DNA of 64,000 nt from Macrostomum lignano (Eukaryota): positions 56,204 through 120,203 of the forward strand of contig NIVC01001186.1 in NCBI GenBank assembly GCA_002269645.1, read 5' to 3'. Shown in pieces: positions 53,792 through 64,000 of this stretch. The first letter of the stretch is position 1, and each line of letters begins with the position of its first letter. The notes beneath the pieces are model-generated. The model did not search any database and was not told the DNA's origin. It saw only the letters and a program-made list of their open reading frames with translations. The translations under genes and the position numbers were made by a program.

Positions 53792-55836
53792 ATGGAGAAG
53801 CTACAACTGCTTTTCACTATTTTCCTGAGTATTTTTTGTCGCTGCCTTGAAGGTGAGTTCAGTGCATCTTTTATAGTAGTATAATTATTTTTTTTTCATG
53901 GCGTCCTTTAACTCCGCATTTACACAAAGATACTTACACAATGGTTGTTAGAATAACTATATGGAAATCGAGACACTTAGCTATAAGCGATGAAAACGAA
54001 AAGAGTAGCTCGTATATTTGAGCGAGATACTTTAGGTCGACATTTATAAGCTGAATGAGCGTACAATACGATTGAGCGCAATATGAGGTGGGGCGATCAA
54101 TAAATTTGAGTGAATGTACCTACGAACAAGATACATATTTTAGCCTAATTGAGCGTACAATTAATGATTGCAACGAACAAGTACAATAAATATTGCGAAA
54201 CAGTGGCAGCTCCAGAACACACAAAGAGTTGATACAATGTAAGACTTCATCTTGTTCGTTGAAGAAAACCTAGTGGTTAGAGCTTCGGACTCACGGCTGA
54301 AAGATCATCGGGGGTTCGATTCTTGACTTATTGAGCAAGCCACTTGACTCCGCATTGCTTCAGTTCACCCAGCAGTTAAATGGGTGCCAGCATTAGCTGG
54401 GGTAATTGAGGGTGTGTGTGGCGACCCCCCAGTCCTTGGACTGAACAGCCGTACGCAGCCTTCAGATGCGCCGCGCAATAGCTGCGGCTGAGCTTTCGGT
54501 TGCACATCCTGGCCCGTTAGGGGCGTCAGTGCACCCCGCACAACGGAAAGGCAAATGGCCCTTTGACTTTCTGGTTGTCAGACAGGTGCACACGATCTGA
54601 ACCTTTGGCATTTCTGCCCCTGAATCAAGCCTGTAATAAAAAATTAAATATATTGAATACGCGGTTTAAAACATCTCTGATAACACGGGTCCGTAAATGC
54701 TAAATGCGGTAAACACGTCTGACTCTCGCTCCAGGAAACTTGGGTTCGATTCCATGCTGTTTTGGGCTTTTGGGATAAATTGTGTATCCTGTGTGAGCCT
54801 GTGCCAGCGTGTGCAACCACTCAGAAGTCAGCGGAATGTGCCTGATTGTCGCCCAATTCCCTTTACAAACTAAACCACTTTGTGGTAGTTATCATTGTTG
54901 AAGCTAGCTATCCCTACATTCTAGGAAAAACCTATAGCCTTCAAAAAGGTATGCCAGCAAAGATGTCAACAAAGTGGAGTTCATCCGGACCAGCTGCTCT
55001 GGCTTACGATGGCAACACCCACGGTAACTACATCAGTGGCGTGCAGTGCATCTGCACTGATGCGGCCGATCCACTGCCCTGGTGGATGCTGGACCTGCTG
55101 CAGAACTATCGCATTGCTGGAGTGCGAGTCTGGAACAGGCTGGACAGCAGTTTTGAGACGCGATTCACGCAGATCAGCATAAGTAAATAAAGACATTATT
55201 ATCTGAAAATCTAATTGATTTATTAAAATACCCTTGACAATAAAAACTGATTGCACCTGCAGGCGTTTCATCGGTTGAGTCAGTGTGGACTGACTTCAAA
55301 TTGAGCAACTTCAGTCTGTGTGGATACAAGACCGGCGCTATCACAGATGCTGACAACCCGATTAACTTCACCTGCCCAACACCGCTGACGGGTCGATACG
55401 TGGCGGTTTCCAGGAATATCACTGCATGGGATCTCCACTAATAATTATTATCTCAATTTCTGCGAGATTGACATATTTGCAGGTTTGAGCAATTTATGAA
55501 AAATGAAAGTTAGGTGTAGTTAAATTGTAAAGTTACTGAGCTGTCCACAACGTTCCAGAAGACCCGGATTCCACCGCTGTTGTAGCTACGGAGATCCAAC
55601 CCAGCTTCTCCTCGACATCAAACAGCCTTCTGACTACTGCTCCATTGAAGATGCGTTCGGAAACTGAGTGCATCATCGAGTGCTCAAAATTCCTCATACA
55701 GCCGAGCTGCTCGCACGTTCTCTTCAAAGCCTCTAGGAACGACTGCTGGTTCTTCAATTCTTCCAACATCCCGAGCAGCTTCAGTGCCCTGATCGACAGC
55801 AATGATGCGTTTCGACGCCTCTATTGGAATGGGTGA
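53792..55836 (+). CDS. Secreted F-type lectin (FTP/fucolectin) + PAN/Apple-like protein, copy A, 4 exons, apparent +1 frameshift in exon 3
   Basis: Exons 53792-53852 (signal peptide MEKLQLLFTIFLSIFCRCLE), 54925-55182, 55263-55482 and 55559-55836. FTP motifs: ALAYDGN, QCICT..PWWMLDL, VWNRLD, C..TGRYVAV, LNFCEIDIF (the last in the +1 frame after GGG at 55428-55430). C-terminal SETECIIEC..CSHVLF..CWF is a PAN-like Cys pattern. Confidence 0.8.
54270..54430 (+). mobile_element. tRNA-derived SINE with a CORE-like body, in intron 1 of lectin copy A
   Basis: A-box-like TAGTGGTTAGAGC and B-box-like GGTTCGATTC, then TTGAGCAAGCCACTTGAC..TTCAGTTCACCCAGCAGTTAAATGGG, which resembles SINE CORE domains. Confidence 0.7.
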
Positions 55837-56107
55837 TTGATTAATGCAGGAACTAATTATTAACACGTGATTAACTCAGTTGGAAGTTCATTCTAAACTA
55901 ATTTTATCGAGTCAGTTAAAAATTTAAGACAAGCCGGTAAAATTGTTTCTGCTTTTTATAAAAAGGTACACTACTGTTTAAATTACCTTGTTTATCCATA
56001 CCAATTTTCACCTGTTTTTTAAAAGCCGTCCTTTTACTCAATAATTTTCTGTCTTTCTCTTTATGTATGAGCCTCTGCGCATTGATAACTAAATAGAATT
56101 GTTTTAT

Positions 56108-56420
56108 TCACAGACATGCATTCACAGACATGCATTCACAGACATGCATTCACAGACATGCATTCACAGACATGCATTCACAGACATGCATTCACAGGCA
56201 TGCATTCACAGACATACATTCACAGGCATGCATTCACAGACATGCATTCACAGACATGCATTCACAGGCATGCATTCACAGACATGCATTCACAGACATA
56301 CATTCACAGGCATGCATTCACAGACATGCATTCACAGGCATGCATTCACAGACATACATTCACAGACATGCATTCACAGACATACATTCACAGACATGCA
56401 TTCACAGACATTCACAGATA
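56108..56420 (+). repeat. 14-bp minisatellite (CACAGACATGCATT)
   Basis: About 22 copies; mirrored at 58490-59056. Confidence 0.97.
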
Positions 56421-57614
56421 CAGTTATATTAATGTAAGTTTATGAATGCATGTCTGTTAATTAAGAAGTCCAGGTAAGATAGCGGTGTCCTTTTTAGGTC
56501 ATTTATCACTATAAGAGCAGACTCTTCAGTTACTTTTTTGAAATCGTCTGCCTTAATTTATATTTCTTATATTTATTAAAATGTCTGAAAAATTTTTATA
56601 AAAGAGTTCAATTGGAAGACTCGCATACAAAAAGATATTTTTTGTTCAAAACCCCCCTCTTTTCTGAACTGAGCGGCTGTGTAAACCTTTCTCGCTTCTT
56701 TTTAATAGGAAAATATATAAATTAAAATGAACTTTTCCTAAGCAAACTCTTAGAGAGATGCTTTCACGAGAGCTGGATTAATCAATAACTATTTAGTACT
56801 TGACTGCTTTTGCGCAGGAGTCTTCGCTCAATGAACAACTACATGTATGACTTTGAGTAAAATCGCTGCAGGGATCGCCTGATCGATCTTGACTGTAAAA
56901 CAATTGCAGCCTGTGGGCCAACAGGAGTCTCGAATATGGCTGTCAGGCTGTGGGAAAATGTCAAAAACCATCAACAAGGAACAATGAGCAGCTCAGCTCA
57001 AACCCACTGCTGTAGCAGCGCGTGAGCTCAAGCAGCCACGTTTTAAAGCAGAGGAGAAACGACAGACTGCACTCCGCATTAGACAAAGAGAGTCACTCAA
57101 ACCCCAGTGAGACAGAGCTAGCATGCAGCTCTCAGTTTTGTAACAGCTGTCTACCCAGTGGCGCTGAAAACACGTCAGGTAGAAGTTAAACAAAAGTACA
57201 TGTAGAAGTTAAACAAAATTACATGTAGAAGTTAAACAAAAGTACATGTAGAAGTTAAACAAAAACATAGGTACGAGCGTAGAATACTGAAGGGTATCTC
57301 GATCATTATGAAAATTTAAAAGAACTAATGTCGATGTCAAAATATGAGCAACGATTTTAAGGAGACTGACTGATATATTATTTCTATTTTTCTCGACAAT
57401 TGTTACGACAATTGTTAACAAAAACTTGTTAATAGTTAGTAGGATAGAGGTAGACATAAAATGGAGCACATTCGTGTAAAATTAGGGTTTGAGACATTGT
57501 TGGCTGGGGTACTGCGCAGAATGTCAGGCAATGTCTGTCTGACTCTAAAACATATATTGCTAAACTCTGGTCTCTCCCTGACTCTCCCTACATCCCTTGG
57601 ATCCTTTAAAATTT

Positions 57615-58047
57615 CTATCGTCTCTTTGTTTCCTCTCATCTCTCTCGTCCCTCGTCTCTCGTCTCTCCTCTCTCCCCTCTTCTCTCATATCTTCCCTCAT
57701 CTCTCTTCTCTTTCATCTCTGTTATCTCATCTCTTGTCTCTTCTTTTCTCTTTCCTCTCCTCTCTCCTTTCCTCTCTCCTCTCTCCCCCTCTCCTCTCTC
57801 CTCTCACCCCCTTTTCTCTCTTATCTTCCTTCTCCTTTCTATTCTTTTCTCTCTTCTCTTAACTCTCTCCTCTACTCTCTCATCTCTCCCCTCTTCTCTC
57901 GTCTCTTCCCTCACCTCTTTTCTCTCTCGTCTTTGCTCTCTCATCTTTCCTTTCTCTTCTTTTATCTTTTCTCTCTTATCTCTTCTCATTTCTCTCTGCT
58001 CCCCTCTCTCTCTCTCTCTCTCTTCTCTGTCTTTCTCTCTTATCTCT

Positions 58048-58117
<70 letters not shown>

Positions 58118-58190
58118 GTCTTTCTCTCTTATCTCTCCTCCTCTCTCTACTCTCTCCCCTCTCCATTCTCCTCTTTCCTCTCCTCTCTCC
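57615..58190. repeat. CT-rich tract with a (CT)n core, in the spacer of the inverted duplication
   Basis: Seen directly. Confidence 0.9.
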
Positions 58191-58489
58191 TGGTTGTTTT
58201 GCCAGGCATCTATCTACCCCCAGAGAAAATTGCTTTCCTCCTCTCCGGTGTTGACAATGCGGAGCACTTCGATCATCTGTGAAAACTGAGGACAGGCTCA
58301 ACTACTTGTCCTATTGCTCAGACTTTTTCGATTTTTTTCAGGCTTGAGAATCTCTGCCAGCTCGTCAGCTACCTAAGGGCTACCGGGGTGGATCTCCCTG
58401 TGTGACACCGCAGCACCAGCTGCCCAGTGGTCTCCAAGGGCCTCCCCGCCCTATCCGGATGCCCTGAACCCCTGCTGTGAACCCCCTAT

Positions 58490-59056
58490 CTGTGAATGCA
58501 TGTCTGTGAATGCATGTCTGTGAATGCATGTCTGTGAATGCATGCCTGTGAATGCATGCCTGTGAATGCATGTCTGTGAATGTATGTATGTGAATGCATG
58601 TCTATGAATGCATGTCTGTGAATGTATGTCTGTGAATGCATGTCTGTGAATGCATGTCTGTGAATGCATGTCTGTGAATGCATGTCTGTGAATGCATGTC
58701 TGTGAATGCATGTCTGTGAATGCATGCCTGTGAATGCATGTCTGTGAATGCATGTCTGTGAATGCATGTCTGTGAATGCATGTCTGTGAATGCATGTCTG
58801 TGAATGCATGCCTGTGAATGCATGCCTGTGAATGCATGTCTGTGAATGCATGTCTGTGAATGTATGTCTGTGAATGCATGTCTGTGAATGCATGTCTGTG
58901 AATGCATGTCTGTGAATGCATGTCTGTGAATGCATGCCTGTGAATGTATGTCTGTGAATGCATGCCTGTGAATGCATGTCTGTGAATGCATGTCTGTGAA
59001 TGCATGTCTGTGAATGCATGTCTGTGAATGCATGTCTGTGAATGCATGTCTGTGAA
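58490..59056 (-). repeat. 14-bp minisatellite, inverted copy (about 40 units)
   Basis: Repeated TGTGAATGCATGTC, the reverse complement of the array at 56108. Confidence 0.97.
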
Positions 59057-59326
59057 TAAAACAATTCTATTTAGTTATCAATGCGCAGAGGCTCATACAT
59101 AAAGAGAAAGACAGAAAATTATTGAGTAAAAGGACGGCTTTTAAAAAACAGGTGAAAATTGGTATGGATAAACAAGGTAATTTAAACAGTAGTGTACCTT
59201 TTTATAAAAAGCAGAAACAATTTAAAAGGCTTGTCTTAAATTTTTAACTGACTCGATAAAATTTGTTTAGAATGAACTTCCAACTGAGTTAATCACGTGT
59301 TAATAATTAGTTCCTGCATTAATCAA

Positions 59327-60871
59327 TCACCCATTCCAATAGAGGCGTCGAAACGCATCATTGCTGTCGATCAGGGCACTGAAGCTGCTCGGGATGCTGG
59401 AAGAATTGAAGAACCAGCAGTCGCTCGTAGAGGCTATGAAGAGAACGTGCGAGCAGCTCGGCTGTGTGAGGAGTTTTGAGCACTCGATGATGCACTCAGT
59501 TTCCGAACGCATCTTCAATGGAGCAGTAGTCAGAAGGCTGTTTGATGTCGAGGAGAAGCTGGGTTGGATCTCCGTAGCTACGACAGCGGTGGAATCCGGG
59601 TCTTCTGGAACGTTGTGGACAGCTCAGTAACTTTACAATTTAACTACACCTAACTTTCATTTTTCATAAATTGCTCAAACCTGCAAATATGTCAATCTCG
59701 CAGAAATTGAGATAATAATTATTAGTGGAGATCCCATGCAGTGATATTCCTGGAAACCGCCACGTATCGACCCGTCAGCGGTGTTGGGCAGGTGAAGTTA
59801 ATCGGGTTGTCAGCATCTGTGATAGCGCCGGTCTTGTACGCACACAGACTGAAGTTGCTCAATTTGAAGTCAGTCCACACTGACTCAACCGATGAAACGC
59901 CTGCAGGTGCGATCAGTTTTTATTGTCAAGGGCATTTTAATAATAAATCAATTAGATTTTCAGATAATAATGTCTTTATTTACTTATGCTGATCTGCGTG
60001 AATCGCGTCTCAAAACTGCTGTCCAGCCTGTTCCAGACTCGCACTCCAGCAATCCGATAGTTCTGCAGCAGGTCCAGCATCCACCAGGGCAGCGGATCGG
60101 CCGCATTAGTGCAGATGCACTGCACGCCTTTGATGTAGTTACCGTCGGTGTTGCCATCGTAAGCCAGAGCAGCTGGTCCGGATGTGTTCCACCTTGTGGA
60201 CATCTTCGATGGTAGACCTTTTTGAAGGCTATAGGTTTTTCCTAGAATGTAGGGATTGCCATGCTGACGATAAAGCATGCTCATTCCGCCGACTCCCCTG
60301 AGTAGGCACACAAGTGCAAGGATACATACGCTGTCATACACACAGGCACACACTCACACAGGAGTGTACAGCGGCCCTAACTTATTTATCGTTGGGCATG
60401 TACACTTCACTGGGCCTTGGGGGTTGGCGCTCGGCCTCAAGGCCGTTAATCGCGACACACCCTCAATTACCCCTGGCACCCATTTTACAGCTGGGTGAAC
60501 TGAAGCAATGCAGAGCTAAGTGTCTTGCTCAATAAGGACACAAATTGTTCCGAGAGGGTCGAGAATCGAGCCCCCGACCTTTCAGTCAGTCCGACGCTCT
60601 GGCCACTAGTCTACAACTCCTCGTTTATAGCCTCATAGTAGGTCTTATGTGACTTTAGTTTTAAATATATTAGCAAAATAATTATATTATGGCACAATGA
60701 ATTCTTATATTTTATCAACTCTGCGTACAAGCACTCGTAAGTGTTGAATTTAAATGACGCATTGGAATAAAAATTTAGTTATGCTACCGTATAAGATGCA
60801 CAGAACTCACCTTCAAGGCAGTGACAAAAAATAGTCAGGAAAATAGTTAGAAACAGTTGTAGTTTCTTCAT
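59327..60871 (-). CDS. Secreted F-type lectin + PAN/Apple-like protein, copy B (inverted paralogue), same frameshift
   Basis: Exon 1 at 60871-60811 (MKKLQLFLTIFLTIFCHCLE), exon 2 from 60241, stop at 59327. Reverse-complement match to copy A, including the GGG run at 59735-59733. Confidence 0.8.
60450..60610 (-). mobile_element. tRNA-derived SINE, paralogous copy in intron 1 of lectin copy B
   Basis: Reverse complement CTAGTGGCCAGAGCGTCGGACTGAC..GGCTCGATTCTCG..TTATTGAGCAAGACACTTAG..TTCAGTTCACCCAGCTGTAAAATGGGTGCC matches the 54270 copy. Confidence 0.7.
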
Positions 60872-62334
60872 TGCGAGTATTATTTACCACCAGAGACTGA
60901 TAGAAAGAGGAACTGTAAATTGCGTGAGAGCCGCTCGGCTGCAGCTCAGGCGAGAAGCGGGATTTAAATGGGAATTCAAAAGAGCCCCAAACACCTGGCA
61001 TTGCTAGCAACGAATTCTTATTCCTTTATTCAACAGCAGCTTCGCTTCCTGACTAGCAAGGCTAAACAATACCTGCGTTTGCTCAACCAAGTTAATAATG
61101 CATCGTCCTGTTGCATTACAGGTACTGTACACAGCATCACTAGTGCAGCTCCATCCAATTAAGAAAGTCGGGACAAAGCTTTCTCAAGTGGTTTTACACT
61201 GCCTCTACATTTTCTTTGCAATAAATTTTCCATGAATTGAGTTGAGTATTAGCGGGGAGAGTCAAACTATAATGAGCAAAGAAGCCAATGGTGGCCTTCC
61301 GCCCACTCAACTGGATTTTGACATGCATGACTCTGCGTGCTTCTCTGCAGTACCGCATGGAACGCCAATTCGGTAGATTAACTTCGTCTGTTGGACTCTC
61401 CAGATCCATTTGCAGATCCATTTGTCTGAATTTGACTGCTCTGTGTCTTAAATCCAATGCCCTGCTGTGCTGTAGACCAGATACGGTGTTTTTCACCATA
61501 GACGAAGTAGAAATATGGATTGAATATGATTGGCTCAGTGTCGTAAAATGAATGCTCGACCCCCAATGGAATCATGTGCGCCTGAAGGGTCACTAGCACA
61601 CACGAAAATAGGGTTTTTTGAAGGCCAATTTCCAGGAAAAAATAATACACTGCAGGGATAGAAAATCATCATTTATTTATCACATAATCAAGTGATTGCA
61701 TTTGATCTGGGACAGCGAAGATTACCATTCTTTTGAATCAGCATACGCATCATGCTTCTATGTTGTATTTTATATAGTTCTGCAGTGAACTTTTCATTTT
61801 CATTTTATCATTTTTCATTATTCTCTTTTATGTCAAAAGTTGTAAATAATCTCACAAGTGCACCGCATTCGCTGAAATTTCTGTTTTGTTCCTTATTGAA
61901 TCAATAGTACGGGCGTATTCATGCAATAAAAGTCCTGCATGCAGGTACGTAGATATACTACTAGTGGTCCTTGGTTCGACTCTACAAAAAGTACATCTGC
62001 TTGTGCCTCAAGACTGTACGACGCTGCTGTACGATGAGAAACAAATTAATGGAGACAACTAGTCATAGGAGCGTGTACTCGTACAAACGGACCAGTGACG
62101 CTTCATCTTTGTTCTTCTGCTTATCAAGGAGGTGGAAAATTTTCACCATGCAGCAATTCAGTATTGCGCTTGCTGTCGTTTTAATAAATAAAAAATTCAG
62201 TGCGCAAAATATGTCCCATCTACCAAAGGGACGGATCGATGAAAGCAAGAGTGAGACATACAGACTACAGCCTTACAGGGACTACAAGCGTAACATTTGC
62301 TGTTGCTGCCTAAATGAGAGGACAGCTACAACTA

Positions 62335-62754
62335 CTCTCCCTCTCTCTCTCTCCCTCTCTCTCTCTCCCTCTCTCTCTCTCCTCTCTCCTCTCTCTCTCT
62401 CTCCTCTCTATCTCTCCTCTCTCTCTCTCTCCTCTCTCCTCTCTCTCTCTCCCCCTCTCTCTCTCCCTCTCTCTCTCTCCTCTCTCCTCTCTCTCTCTCC
62501 CTCTCTCTCCTCTCTCCTCTCTCTCTCTCCCTCTCTCTCTCCTCTCTCTCTCTCCTCTCTCTCCCTCTCTCTCTCTCCTCTCTCTCCTCTCTCTCTCTCT
62601 CTCTCCTCTCTCTCTCCTCTCTCTCTCTCTCCCTCTCTCTCTCTCCCTCTCTCTCTCTCCTCTCTCTCCCTCTCTCTCTCTCCTCTCTATCTCTCCTTTC
62701 TCTCTCCTCTCTCTCTCCTCTCTATCTCTCCTCTCTCTCTATCCTCTCTCTCTC

Positions 62755-62792
<38 letters not shown>

Positions 62793-62856
62793 CTCTCTCT
62801 CCTCTCTATCTCTCCTCTCTCTCCTCTCTATCTCTCCCTCTCTCTCCTCTTCTCTC

Positions 62857-62909
<53 letters not shown>

Positions 62910-63174
62910 CTCTCTCTCTCTCCCTCTCTCCCTCTCTCCTCTCCTCTCTCTCTCTCTCCTCTCTCCTCTCTCTCTCCCTCTCTCTCCTCTCTCTCTCCTC
63001 TCTCTCTTCTCTCCCTCTCTCTCTCTCTCTCCCTCTCTCTCTCTCCCTCCTCTCTCCCTCTCTCCCTCTCTCTCTCTCCTCTCTCTCTCTCCTCTCTCCC
63101 TCTCTCTCTCCCTCTCCCCTCTCTCTCTCTCTCTCCTCTCTATCTCTCCTCTCTCTCTCTCCCTCTCTCTCTCC

Positions 63175-63212
<38 letters not shown>

Positions 63213-63225
63213 CCTCTCTCTCTCC

Positions 63226-63257
<32 letters not shown>

Positions 63258-63388
63258 CCTCTCTCTCCTCCTCCTCTCTCTCTCTCTCTCTCTCTCCCTC
63301 TCTCTCTCTCCCTCTCTCTCTCCTCCTCTCTCTCCTCTCTCTCCTCTCTCTCTCCCTCTCTCTCTCTCCTCTCCTCCTCTCTCTCTCC

Positions 63389-63435
<47 letters not shown>

Positions 63436-64000
63436 CCTCCTCTCTCCTCTCTCCTCTCCCCCTCTCTCTCTCCCTCTCTCTCTCTCTCCTCTCTCCCTCC
63501 CTCTCTCTCCTCCCTCTTCCCGCTCTCCTCTCCTCTCTCTCTCCTCTTCTCTCCCTCCTCTCCTCCTCCCTCTCTCTCTCTCCCTCTCTCTCTCCTCCTC
63601 CTCTCCTCCTCTCTCCTCTCCTCTCTCCTCTCTCCCTCTCTCCTCTCTCTCTCTCTCCTCCCTCTCTCTCCCTCTCCTCTCTCCTTCTCTCCTCTCTCCC
63701 TCTCCCCTCTCTCTCTCTCCTCTCTCTCTCCTCTCTCCTCTCTCTCTCCCTCTCTCTCTCTCCTCTCTCTCTCTCCCTCTCTCTCTCCTCTCCTCCTCCC
63801 CTCTCTCTCTCCTCCCCCTTCCTCTCCTCTCCTCTCTCTCTCTCTCTCCTCTCTCTCTCCTCTCTCTTCTCCTCTCCCTCTCCTCTCTCTCTCTCTCCCT
63901 CTCTTCCCTCTCTCTCTCTCCTCTCTCCTCTCTCTCTCTCTCCTCTCTATCTCTCCTTTCTCTCTCCTCTCTCTCTCCTCTCTATCTCCTCTCTCCTCTC
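62335..64000. repeat. Degenerate (CT)n polypyrimidine tract, at least 1.6 kb, runs off the window
   Basis: Seen directly. Confidence 0.98.

Noticed and set aside
56099-59064. HSQTCIHRHAFTDM repeat ORFs that look like His/Cys metal-binding proteins
   Set aside because: 14-bp minisatellite open in several frames on both copies, lying downstream of the lectin stop codons.

Overview
Eukaryotic animal genomic DNA with GT-AG introns, many of them 76-95 bp and others swollen by satellites. The overall style suggests a free-living flatworm such as Macrostomum; this is inference, not a database match. Spliced genes reconstructed by hand: a secreted fibrinogen-related protein (-), a DUF4806-type gene (-), a 7-exon MYRF (-), four co-directional genes on + (MTPAP-like, C7orf25/UPF0415-like, a divergent NAXD-like gene and UTP3/SAS10), and a convergent inverted pair of signal peptide + F-type lectin + PAN/Apple-like genes. 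Mobile DNA: a doubly deleted Ty3/Gypsy remnant, a 707-bp Tc1/mariner-like deletion derivative, a 685-bp MITE with an 8-bp TSD, a degenerate Penelope-like element whose flanking direct repeats each hold a hammerhead-ribozyme motif, two tRNA-derived SINE copies and a THAP remnant. A large part of the window is mini- and microsatellite, including about 4.5 kb of (GATA)n inside one intron. Most long ORFs in the supplied track are repeat artefacts. Best leads: the NAXD-like gene has Ala at the GxGD aspartate and lacks the HKG motif; the Penelope hammerheads; both lectin copies share an identical +1 frameshift; and the C7orf25-like gene has no in-frame ATG, which a flatworm spliced-leader AUG could supply.
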